40,323 nucleotides of DNA from Klebsormidium nitens (lineage: Eukaryota; Plantae; Klebsormidiophyceae). A model generated the notes under the pieces. It worked only from the letters and a program-made list of their open reading frames with translations, was not told the DNA's origin and searched no databases. Both the position numbers and the translations under genes were made by a program. Positions 1 to 9,430 of the stretch are shown here, piece by piece; position 1 is the stretch's first letter; every line of letters begins with the position of its first letter. The stretch covers positions 1-40,323 of the forward strand of contig DF237677.1 in assembly GCA_000708835.1 (NCBI GenBank). Direction: 5' to 3'.

Positions 1-976
1 AGATGCAACGGATGTGTGGAGGCTTTGAAGGGGGTCATCTGCAGACCCGAGCTGGTCAAAGTGACCGGTATTGGCGTACAGAGTCTCCCAAGCATCTGAT
101 GCGGTGCCCAGAGTGTTTGAGCCCACTGGCACGATGGGCATGTCAAAAGCCACAGTGCTCGAGTCCTCATCAAGGACTCTCAAGCCTCCGGCATCACTTC
201 TTGTGAAGCGTATTAGATTGCTGCCGCTCTGCAACCCGACCGCACCTCCCTTTGCCAACCACACGCCTCCGTCCACATCATTCCATGTGAAAGAGATTGC
301 ACCTGGATCATCTGCAAAATCGTCCCCCATTACCCTAATGCCAGCCCCATCAGCATTCACATCAGACGGGCTATCTGATTGAGCAAGAGTGATGGTCCGA
401 TCCTCGACTAGGAGGTCAGTACTGGTTACATAGTTGATTGGCCCATTCACGTCAAGGCGCCCATTGATTGTCAAATCGGGCATCACCATTTGCAACATGC
501 AAGGAGGCTTGAGGGTTAGAGGTGCCAACTCCAACCCTCCTCGAATAGAGGGTGTCCCATGGTGCATTTGAGCTTCCCAGGCTCTGGCTGCCGACAGGCA
601 CCACACTCGTTGCAAAGGAACCCACGTTGAAGGTACCAAGCTCAACATCAGCTGCGGTTGCGCTTGTGGCTATGCGCTTCAGTGGTTGCCCTGCCTGGTA
701 GAGAGTTGTGGCATACACGCCTTTGTATTGCAGATTGGACGCACCAAGACTTACACTATTATCAGTTGCAGGGTTGAAGTTGGAAGTTGGGGCAGAAACC
801 CCACCGCTCGATTCAATCGGCACATTGCCCTTGTAAAACTCAGTTGCATAGACCTTCCCAAACCGATCAGTGCCGGAATATGACTTGGCTGTGTACATCA
901 CGCGGCACCCTATCATGATGGAAGAAAAGAGACTTGACAAGTGGTAGAGGAAGCTAGGTACAAGCAACAGGTTCAT
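1..976 (-). pseudogene. Virion fibre/tail-like beta-rich protein, frameshifted near 478, running off the window edge
   Basis: ORF 976-452 (RVGVGTSNPQASLHVANGDA) continues after a 1-nt shift at about 477 as DLTINGRLDVNGPINYVTSTDLLVEDRTITLA..., open to base 1. The motif VPVGS(Q/N)(S/T)LG..(N/D)AW(D/E)TLY occurs on both sides of the shift. Confidence 0.7.
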
Positions 977-980
977 TTTG

Positions 981-1433
981 CTACTTGCATGCTGATGACC
1001 TCAAACAGGCCTCTTTGTGTCCCTTCCAAGCCTTCTTGATGCAGGACTTGGAGCAATAAGCTGCCTGCTTGCACTGGGAGCACCTTTGCTTGGTATGCTT
1101 GTTGCAGACCAAGCAGGAGTCAGTGACAAGAGACATTCTGCTAAGCAGCCTGTCTATCTGGGTATCATCAAGTTCTACTTCATTGCCTCTCACCTCCCAC
1201 CCGTCTGATATTTCTGCAAACGGAAAGTCCTTCTCAGCTGGCAGCTCAACCCATAAGGAGCCATTGTCTCGGTTGCTGCGCCGATTCTGCACCTCAATCC
1301 TAAACAGGATTGAGCCTGGCACACGGTTTGGCACTGGATAGTCCTCAGCATCGATTGGTACAGCGATGATTGGGACGTCAGCTGGTGTTCTCTGGTCTGT
1401 GAACTTGGCCAGCTGTTTCCAGGTGAACGGCAT
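981..1433 (-). CDS. MYND-type zinc-finger protein
   Basis: C-terminal CLVC...RCSQCKQAAYCSKSCIKKAWKGHKEAC; ATG at 1433. Confidence 0.85.
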   Translation of the reverse strand: MPFTWKQLAKFTDQRTPADVPIIAVPIDAEDYPVPNRVPGSILFRIEVQNRRSNRDNGSLWVELPAEKDFPFAEISDGWEVRGNEVELDDTQIDRLLSRMSLVTDSCLVCNKHTKQRCSQCKQAAYCSKSCIKKAWKGHKEACLRSSACK

Positions 1434-1550
1434 CCTGCAGACATGATTATGTTGCTTGAAACCGAGCACTGAGACACTTTGCTGCATGCAAGCTAACGGA
1501 AGACATTGCACAGCTCAACAAGGCAGATTGCAGAGACAATAAAGAGGGAC

Positions 1551-1739
1551 TCACAGGAAGAAGATGTCGTCAAGCTCCGATGCTAGCCTGGTGACATAAG
1601 GCCACGCCTCTTGCATCACGGATGCGACCAACAACTTGAATGGAGACAGAACGCCAGGCTTCGGCGCAAGAGCGTCAATACCACTCCAGTCCATCCCAAA
1701 CCAGACCTGTAACCTGTCGTAGGCGCTTCGGGCATCCAT
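1551..1739 (-). CDS. Small hypothetical protein
   Basis: 62-aa ORF in the same orientation as its neighbours, with coding-like composition; no motif recognised. Confidence 0.3.
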   Translation of the reverse strand: MDARSAYDRLQVWFGMDWSGIDALAPKPGVLSPFKLLVASVMQEAWPYVTRLASELDDIFFL

Positions 1740-1927
1740 TGTGTCAGTAAGGATTGTAGAACGGCCATGGTACAGGCTTGTATGCGCTCGACTCCCTCCT
1801 GAGCTGGACAGTGACTCAAGTGCTGACTCAGACGTTCGCAGTTCTCACTATGCTTCACACTGCTGCACCGCTTGTCACCAAGCGTCACTTGATTATACAC
1901 GAAGGTGAGCTGTTAATCCGAAACTGA

Positions 1928-2052
1928 CCGTCGATTACCCGCAGGTAGGCCGTCGATCTCGTACGGCCACCCGCGAGCACCTGTTGTTCGCCCAACTTCA
2001 CCCATCGGTACACCGTCGATAACTGTCGATAGCCTAAGGGCTACCGTTCGAT
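1928..2052. promoter_or_regulatory. Cluster of CCGTCGAT-like motifs in a divergent intergenic region
   Basis: CCGTCGAT at 1928, 1950 and 2013, CTGTCGAT at 2023, CCGTTCGAT at 2044; hairpin GGCCGT/ACGGCC at 1948-1968. Lies between minus-strand and plus-strand gene blocks. Confidence 0.4.
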
Positions 2053-2202
2053 TATTTGGTTGCCAGACTCAGGTGGCTTAATAGCAACTACTGTCCCCAC
2101 AGTCCGCCAAAGCAGCCGGAGTGCGCAACAGCAGCCTGACAAAAACGGGAGTGCAAGGCAGGCTCGTTCTCACAAGCACTTAAATCCCATCAGTGAGACA
2201 AC

Positions 2203-3192
2203 ATGGAGCCTGCCCCCGCAGAGCCCATCCTTGCTGCATCCAACGCCAGGTTCACAATGTTCCCAGTCCAGTACCATGAGCTATGGAAACTGTACAAGGA
2301 GGCTGTGGCTAGCTTCTGGACCACAGAGGAGGTGGACCTCAGTGACGACCTTCCCCACTGGGAGAAGCTCACAAGCAAGGAGAGGTTCTTCATCTCACGA
2401 GTGCTGGCATTCTTTGCTGCCAGTGACGGGATTGTCCTGGAGAACCTGGCCCTCAGGTTCTTTGCAGAGGTGCAGATTCCAGAGGCACGGGCATTCTACT
2501 CGATGCAGATGGCGATTGAGACCATCCATTCCGAGCAGTATAGCCTCCTCATCGATGCCTACGTGAAGGACTCTCAGGAGAAGGACGAGATGTTCCGCGC
2601 CATCGACTCCATCGCATGCGTCAAAAGGAAGGCGGACTGGGCAACCAAGTGGATCGAGTGCGGGCGGTCGTTTGGAGAGAGGCTCGTTGCCTTTGCATGC
2701 GTGGAGGGTATCCACTTCTTGGGGTCCTTCTGTGCCATCTTCTGGCTGAAGAAGCGGGGGCTCATGCCTGGCCTTTGTTTTGCCAATGAGCTCATCAGCC
2801 GCGACGAAGGGCTGCACACAGACTTTGCGTGCCAGCTCTACGAGACCCTCCAGGAGAAGCTGCCAGCTCAGACCGTGAGGGACATTGTCACTGATGTTGT
2901 GAAGATTGAGCAGGCTTTCATCAGTGAGGCACTACCCTCTTCATTGATCGGGATCAACGCTGGCCTGATGTCAGAGTACATTGAGTTTGTTGCTGACAGG
3001 CTCTGCCAGCAGTTAGGATACGAGGCAATTTACGGTACCGCCAACCCTTTCGATTTCATGGACCTTCAAAGCCTCGATGGCAAGGCAAACTTCTTTGAGA
3101 GGAAGGTCAGCGCCTATCAGCGGGCAGGGGTCGCCGGTGGACAGAGTTTCGCAGACATGTCAAATATTAGGACATATTATTTGGACTTCTAA
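2203..3192 (+). CDS. RNR2: Ribonucleotide reductase small (beta) subunit
   Basis: Motifs [67 protein letters not shown]; intronless, 329 aa. Confidence 0.97.
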   Translation: MEPAPAEPILAASNARFTMFPVQYHELWKLYKEAVASFWTTEEVDLSDDLPHWEKLTSKERFFISRVLAFFAASDGIVLENLALRFFAEVQIPEARAFYSMQMAIETIHSEQYSLLIDAYVKDSQEKDEMFRAIDSIACVKRKADWATKWIECGRSFGERLVAFACVEGIHFLGSFCAIFWLKKRGLMPGLCFANELISRDEGLHTDFACQLYETLQEKLPAQTVRDIVTDVVKIEQAFISEALPSSLIGINAGLMSEYIEFVADRLCQQLGYEAIYGTANPFDFMDLQSLDGKANFFERKVSAYQRAGVAGGQSFADMSNIRTYYLDF

Positions 3193-4521
3193 AGGTCTAT
3201 GTAACAAGATCAGTAGAATGAAGTCTCATAAGGACAAACGTGGACACAATATATTACTCAATTGGCCTCCTGGAGGGAGCCTGGTGCTCTGTGTGATCCA
3301 TGCGATTGCCCATCATGCCATGCATGTCTGACAGGAGATTATGCAACAATGACGAATGAAGAGAATGTCATCATAGTGGAACGTAAGACATGCTTGATAC
3401 ACACACTTAGGGGAACGCATCTGCTCTTAGAGCACCAACCTACAGATGGATGCTGCTGCTATCACCGTTGCACGGGCCGCCAATCTGGCAACCTACGGGA
3501 ACAACCACAACAAAGAAGCGCAAGGTCTGCGACCGATCTCGCGTGCACTTCAGGAGGACGGCCGTCTCAAGTTCCACAAGTCCTTTGAGAAGGCTCTTGC
3601 TGACTTCTGCGTATATATGCCCGGTTTCCCCGCGCTCGGAGTACAGCTCAAAACCACGGGTGTAAACTGGATACAGAACCGTACAGACTACGAGTACTAC
3701 AGCTTCTCGCAAACTGGTGGATACGCTGGCCTGTTAATGATCTTCGTGGCCCTCCACACGCAGCCCCGCCGCATCTGGCTTGCGGATGGATCCAGGGTGA
3801 CCCGCATGAAGGTTGTGATTCCAGTAACCCTCCGGCGGGCCGTGAGGTGTGACGAAATTCGAGAGATAAAGCTCGCCACCCTGGCAGACGCAATCTACAC
3901 GATCTATATGGCAGCCCTATCAGGCTCTAGCAACTACGTGCTCCGCAGCCCAATGGACCACGAGAAGCCCACGGAACGAAACGCCTTGGCGGAGTACAAT
4001 GCCTTCCAGCGTCTTCAGTGCTCATTACCGGTCCTTTTCATGGACCCTCCAGCCGAGTACCTGAGCTACGATTATATCGTGGATGGCAGAAGGTGGCAGC
4101 TGAAGTTGGCCCGATACAATCGTAAATCTGATTACTACTCCGTGGGCTGCCATAAGCAAGCAGGCAGAGTGAACGGGAAGTGCACACAGAGGCAGTACGA
4201 AGTCGGCGATTTTGATTTCCTCTGCATCCAACTCCCCGAGGCCCCCAAGACCTTGCACTGCTGCTACGTGATCCCGCAGAGCATATTGGCCGATCATGAT
4301 CTCGTCGGCAACGCCACCAAGTCTTCCGGGGCTGTCCTTGTATACCCGGATCGACTGGTGACCGCCAGGAATGCTGTGCACAAACAGGGCGTTCACTGGA
4401 CGGAGACTTATCGCATCGATTTTGCCCGTGACCCGTTGGCACAATTGGCGCGCATTACACAGGGAGCATATCAAAGGGCAGGGGTCAGCAGTCAGAGCTT
4501 CGCAGACATGTCAAACATTAG
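3112..4521 (+). repeat. Direct repeat pair: RNR2 3' end (3112-3170) and endonuclease 3' end (4466-4521)
   Basis: GCCTATCAGCGGGCAGGGGTC...CAGAGTTTCGCAGACATGTCAAATATTAG versus GCATATCAAAGGGCAGGGGTC...CAGAGCTTCGCAGACATGTCAAACATTAG. Confidence 0.92.
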
Positions 4522-4537
4522 CGACGAGGAGTTTTGA
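3446..4537 (+). CDS. Tandem PD-(D/E)xK-type (D...QxK) endonuclease, probable free-standing homing endonuclease; C-terminus copied from RNR2
   Basis: Two nuclease-like motifs, ADFCVYMPGFPALGVQLKT and YDYIVDGRRWQLK. Ends [23 protein letters not shown]. Confidence 0.7.
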   Translation: MDAAAITVARAANLATYGNNHNKEAQGLRPISRALQEDGRLKFHKSFEKALADFCVYMPGFPALGVQLKTTGVNWIQNRTDYEYYSFSQTGGYAGLLMIFVALHTQPRRIWLADGSRVTRMKVVIPVTLRRAVRCDEIREIKLATLADAIYTIYMAALSGSSNYVLRSPMDHEKPTERNALAEYNAFQRLQCSLPVLFMDPPAEYLSYDYIVDGRRWQLKLARYNRKSDYYSVGCHKQAGRVNGKCTQRQYEVGDFDFLCIQLPEAPKTLHCCYVIPQSILADHDLVGNATKSSGAVLVYPDRLVTARNAVHKQGVHWTETYRIDFARDPLAQLARITQGAYQRAGVSSQSFADMSNISDEEF

Positions 4538-4588
4538 GGTGTTGTTAAGAAGAGACAAATTCTTTCCAACATTACAACCATAAGTCAT

Positions 4589-5410
4589 ATGGCAGCTGAG
4601 TTCAAACACGTGCCACTTACCCCAGAGACCAAGAAGCCTGCTCCTCCTCCACCTTACAGCCCGCCTCCTAGCCCTGTGCCCGCCAGAGGCCTCAGATTCT
4701 TCCGTAGGATTCATGAGCAAACGGCTGCTGTCACAGGTGGTGCATGGCAGGCAGTATCTACAGAATTCATTGCAACGTTCATGTTTGTGTACTTGGGTGT
4801 GGGATCAGTAATTGCATGTGGGCTGAGCCCCGACTCTAGGATCCATAGCACATCGGCACTCCTCGCATCGGGCCTTTCAAACGGCCTCGCACTGTCAGTC
4901 GGCACCGCCTTGGGTGCCACCAATGGGGTGGGGCACTGCAACCCATCCTTGACATTTGCCTATGCCGTAACGGGACGGTTGAGCATGCTACGAGCCATGT
5001 ACATGATATTGGCACAATGCGCCGCATCCTTTGGAGCGACCGGGCTTGCAGTAGTAGCATACCCTGTCTCCCTTTCTACCAACCGCCTCCATGCATGGTC
5101 GCTCGAAAGGGCTTTCTTGCTGGAACTGATTGCAGCATGCATCCTCACAATCACATCCATGGGGCTTCGAGCCAAGAAGGGATTGCAAAACCCTGCAGCT
5201 CCTGTTATCATGGGCTTTCTGATGACGGCAAGCATGGTGGCGGTGTCTCCATTTGCTGATGGAACAGTGAATCCCGCACGGAGTCTTGCGGTTGCGGCAT
5301 TCACGGCAGGTTGGAAGGATGCTTGGATCCATGTGATTGCACCACTGAGCGGGTCCATAGTTGGTGCCGTGCTTCACGAACTCATGATTGAAAGTACTGG
5401 TGAACCGTAG
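4589..5410 (+). CDS. Aquaporin / major intrinsic protein (NPS and NPA boxes)
   Basis: TEFIATFMFVYLG, GHCNPSLTF, GTVNPARSL, WIHVIAPLSG; several hydrophobic segments; intronless. Confidence 0.92.
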   Translation: MAAEFKHVPLTPETKKPAPPPPYSPPPSPVPARGLRFFRRIHEQTAAVTGGAWQAVSTEFIATFMFVYLGVGSVIACGLSPDSRIHSTSALLASGLSNGLALSVGTALGATNGVGHCNPSLTFAYAVTGRLSMLRAMYMILAQCAASFGATGLAVVAYPVSLSTNRLHAWSLERAFLLELIAACILTITSMGLRAKKGLQNPAAPVIMGFLMTASMVAVSPFADGTVNPARSLAVAAFTAGWKDAWIHVIAPLSGSIVGAVLHELMIESTGEP

Positions 5411-7254
5411 ACTTTCACTGCCTACTTCCTCAATTTCTTCTCACTTATTGCAGGAGGTTGATGGCCCTGATACAAAAACAGGCTCGCAACAAGAAAGGTT
5501 CTGGAATTCAGAGCGGGAAATCTGACAAACGCGCTGTATTAGAGTTTCAGTACCGGAGAGCTGTGAAGAACAAGGAAAAGTGGGCCAAGGAGAAGCTTCA
5601 AAGTAGGCTGAGCGCAAGAGAGAAACAGAAAAAGAACAAAGAGGTTCAAGATGCAATTAATGCTGGACAGAAGAGGCGGCAGAAACTCAACGAAGAAGAG
5701 GCGGCTACCGTGCGCAGACAGGTTGCACTGGGAGAGAGAGCTGCAATGGGACGGGAGCTCAGCAAGCAAGGGAAGGGGAAGAAGAAGAACAATCCCAACC
5801 AAAACACGGGAACTCAGGACGTGAGCCACATTGAAATGGTTCAAGGACTCAATAGACAAGGCAAGCAGAACAGTCCTGGGCAGTCTGCAAAAGCGCTTGA
5901 ACCGACCGAGACAGCCCGGAACAACCCTCTCTTTGAGAGCAACGTGCATAATGGGCAGCAATCTGCGACCCTCTTGGCACCTCAACAGATGCTTGGAGGA
6001 TCCGTGGTGACCAGTCACGACAATCCACTCTTCAAACCGGGCACCCCAGACGTGAGGAGCAGCTTACGGCTCCTTAAGAGCTCTCAAGGGAAGAGGTCGT
6101 TGAGGCCAGTTGCTACCCTGCCCGACTACCTAGAACCGCAGCCGCCTGCCGCGAGAAAACGACGGGATGAAGCACGGACAATCGACAACGACATCTACAA
6201 CAGTTTACAAGAGATGGATCTAGCAAAGATAGCAGAAAACGAGGAGAGGGAGGTGGTAGAACGTCTCGAGCAACTCCGATTCGCCCGTCCTGCAATCCCG
6301 AAACTTCGACGTCGCCCCTTTTTCTATGAAGTCGGTGCTGCAGTGTCCTCGCCCGACGAGAACGGGTGGGATGATCATGCGGAGGCTAAGCTGATTGAGA
6401 CCGAACTTCCGATGCCCCGCAAGGGTCACCCGCTCACTGATCGCATCTACCTGCGTGAACGGCATCCAAGAGCTAGTGAGAATCTGCCTGCCCCGTACAA
6501 ATCGACGGCCCTGCCTTATCGGCCACGTGCTACAAAGCTGCCAGTTTTTGACACTCGCAACCTACCAGTACCCAGCAGTATTGTGGTGCCCCCGCTGAGG
6601 AAAAGGCGCTCTACGTGGTACGAGGATCTTCCACCTACAAGCAATCTGAACGTCCCTACCTTGCGGACTAGGAGGGCTGGTCATCCTGTTGATATCCTTC
6701 CACCCACAACCATTGATGTTGCCACCACACCCCAAAGAACTCGACATGAATTGCTTGTGAAGGAACTTCCGCCACCTAACTACAACATGACCACTCCGCT
6801 CAGAGAACGTCGTCAAGGACTTGTGAACAATGAACTATTCCCGACACACAACAACCGCTCTCCCGGACCCCCTGACGACCTGCCGTCATTGAGTGGTCCT
6901 TTTGTCACGCCGCTCCGGATACGGCGTGCCGAAGACATGCTCACAGTCGCATCAACTTCCAGTGGCCTCCTACCCCCAATCCAAGCGAGAGAGTTTAAGA
7001 ACCTTCGAGGCAAGAGAGGGCCAGTAAACAATCTGGCCTTCAAGAAGCAGAACAACGCAGGGCCCCAACCGGACATTGGGCCGACAGGTGCATTCCCTCA
7101 GGGACGGATCACAGGAAAGCTGGAAAGGTCGCTTGCATTCAAGAAGCGTAACAATCAGAGGCCTCTCCTGAAACATGGCTCGACCATGGCCAAAAAGCCA
7201 AGCAGCTGGTCTCCGTTTGGGAGCCGAACAAAAGGGTACACGAGGATTGAGACA

Positions 7255-7610
7255 GACTCTGGAGGTGACGGCAGCTCGAAACAGGCGTCCGGCTGGTTCA
7301 AGGGCTGGTCAAAAAGGGGAGGGTACCCGAGTACTCCAAAACTTGATCCCAACAAGCAAGCCCCCAATGGAAGATTTGACAAGTCCCAGCACAAGAGCTC
7401 AAGGGACTCGGGGGGTGACGGGAGCTCGAAACAGGCGTCCGGCTGGTTCAAGGGCTGGTCAAAAAGGGGAGGGTACCCGAGTACTCCAACACTTGATTCC
7501 AACAAGCAAGCCCCCAATGGAAGGTTTGACAAGTCCCAGCACGAGAGCTCAAGGGACTCGGGGGGTGACAGGAGCTCGAAATAGGCGTCCGGCTGGTTCA
7601 AGGGCTGGTC
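7255..7610 (+). repeat. Coding tandem repeat, 150-bp (50-aa) unit, about 2.4 copies
   Basis: Units start at 7255, 7405 and 7555 (DSGGDGSSKQASGWFKGWS...). Confidence 0.95.
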
Positions 7611-7998
7611 CTCCGATCCTTGGGGTCCAAGGCAAGGTTACAGTAGTGACCCCAACAAGCAAGTTGCAGTAGAAAGTGCCCAGAAGCCCAGGCAACAGCA
7701 AGAGACCACGAACATGCAGGGTGCTAACAAGCAGGCCGCGAAAGAACGCTCTGAGAAGGCTCAGAAGCTTAAGAATGATTTGAAACGGGCAGAGAGAGAG
7801 GAAAAAACTTGGTTGCAAAAAGAGAAGGAAGAACGGGGTATCAGACAATTGCAAGAACAGCTGGATAAGAAGATGAGATCCAAGCAGATAAGGAATGGTT
7901 GGGACGGAACTCAGAAGCTCATAGACGAACAGAACAGGAAAGAAAGAGAGAGGCGAGATGCACAGCAAGCGACCACGAGCTTCGGAACCAACCCCGTA

Positions 7999-8238
7999 TT
8001 GCCAGGCAAGCCCATGCTTGCAGCCACACAGCCGGGAAGGCAGAATGGCACTCGCTATCCACAAGAAGCACTGCAAGCAGCTGTTGTGACCGCACCAAGC
8101 ACTGAGCTCAAGTTGCCAGGCAAGCCCGTGCTTGCAGCCACTCAGCTGGGAAGGTCAGAGATGCAGACTGTCACTCGCTATCCACGAGAAGCACTGCAAG
8201 CAGCTGTTGTTAAACCACCTGGCACTGAGCTCGAGCTC
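7999..8238 (+). repeat. Coding tandem repeat, about 114-bp unit, 2 copies
   Basis: TTGCCAGGCAAGCCC at 7999 and 8113; LPGKP.LAATQ.GR...TRYP.EALQAAVV...TEL occurs twice. Confidence 0.9.
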
Positions 8239-8604
8239 GTCAGCCACACAGCACCCACAAGAGGCTCTGGCTGGACAGCATTCTCACCCAATGATAAACG
8301 GTCCCTTTACTATGGCAAGGCAGCAAAACAAGTTGCTCGTAGAAAGGTTCCCACCACGACAATGCACATTCCCATACCACAGTCACCCGCACCAGTTGCT
8401 GCCACCACAATCCTCACAAAGCAGGGAGGTGGTTCTGTGGAAAGACTGCCCCTCTCACTGTCATCCATGAGAGGGTTGCCATGGAGCGACCCAAGATGCA
8501 GGGGAGTGAATCAGTAGCACTGAGAATGCTCATCGAGCGGGAAAAGATGCACATTTCTCAAAAGCGTGCGGCAATTGTTGCACTTGATAGATTGCTTTCA
8601 AGGC

Positions 8605-8781
8605 TCACCTGAGCGCTCGGCAGTTTGCAGATGACCTTTCCAGGTTAGTAACACAATACACCGGAAACCTGTCAATGTCCACAAGCAGCTCCCTTCGCTC
8701 ACGCTTCTTTGATGCAACAAGGATGACACATGTGGCTGCTGCCATCAGCATGATGAGGCACCATGCACGGTCCATTGCCAT
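8605..8781 (-). CDS. Small membrane-anchored protein or fragment; weak resemblance to the glycosyltransferase family 25 N-terminus
   Basis: Hydrophobic N-terminus, then KKRERR, then FPVYCVTNLERS (compare GT25 YVINLDR). Ends at AG/GTGAGC, which could be a stop or a splice donor; no downstream exon found. Confidence 0.3.
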   Translation of the reverse strand: MAMDRAWCLIMLMAAATCVILVASKKRERRELLVDIDRFPVYCVTNLERSSANCRALR

Positions 8782-9149
8782 AGAATAGCAAAATTGTTGG
8801 ACGGACAATTTGGGGATTCCGCATGTCTTTCTTATTGGACCACCGACAATGTTTGGTAGCGGCGGTCAGCCAGGTGATGGGTCTGCAAACATTTGTCGAA
8901 CCTGTGTATGAAATGACACGTAAAACCTTTACTCCTGTGCGCTTCTTCTCTACAACATCCCCAAATTGTGTCAGATAGGGTTTATGGTCCCAATGAGTGC
9001 CCACTGTGCTAGCCGCGGCGCCGCACAAGTGCGAGGGTGGCCTTTTCGAGCCCGGTTCTGAGTCAGTTAGGGTTCGGAGGTACCGGTACGAGCATCGAGG
9101 GGGGTCAGTGGGTCCCTACAGCGGCCTACAATGTTTCATTTTTGTGGGG

Positions 9150-9430
9150 GTATGGCCTTACATACATACATATTGGCCTTTGGATTCCACCAGAGAAACT
9201 CTGTACTACTAATCTGTTATATTCTCTCCTCCGAAAAGTAGATTATAATATTGTATCTTTTTGAGGGTATGGCCTTACATACATACATATCACCAATTGG
9301 AAAGCAAAGGGGGAACTCTGTACTACTAATCCGTAATAATTCCTTCCCTGGAGAAGAAAGAAAAAATAACAGATTGTAGTACAAGAGTCCTGGGTTCCCC
9401 CGCTGCTTGCCAATATGTATGTATGCAAGG
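9150..9430. repeat. AT-rich module upstream of topo II: two direct copies (117-bp period) plus one inverted copy
   Basis: GTATGGCCTTACATACATACATAT exact at 9150 and 9267; AACTCTGTACTACTAATC exact at 9197 and 9314; inverted near-copies at 9368-9388 and 9410-9430. Confidence 0.9.

Larger units (their letters stand above)
5461..8517 (+). pseudogene. Large low-complexity, repeat-containing protein (about 1018 codons) interrupted by one TAG at 7582-7584
   Basis: The 5458-7584 and 7714-8517 ORFs share a frame and the segment between them is open. The stop lies in a repeat copy reading TCGAAATAGGCG where two sister copies read TCGAAACAGGCG. Confidence 0.8.

Noticed and set aside
3105-4463. Endonuclease region as a spliceosomal intron of RNR2 (AAG/GTCAGC...ACAG/GGA)
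   Set aside because: Weak donor and acceptor, splicing would drop a conserved residue, and RNR2 is already complete without it. Kept only as a test.
8699-9028. 109-aa minus-strand ORF
   Set aside because: TTG start, no early ATG, no recognisable motif, and it overlaps the neighbouring small ORF.
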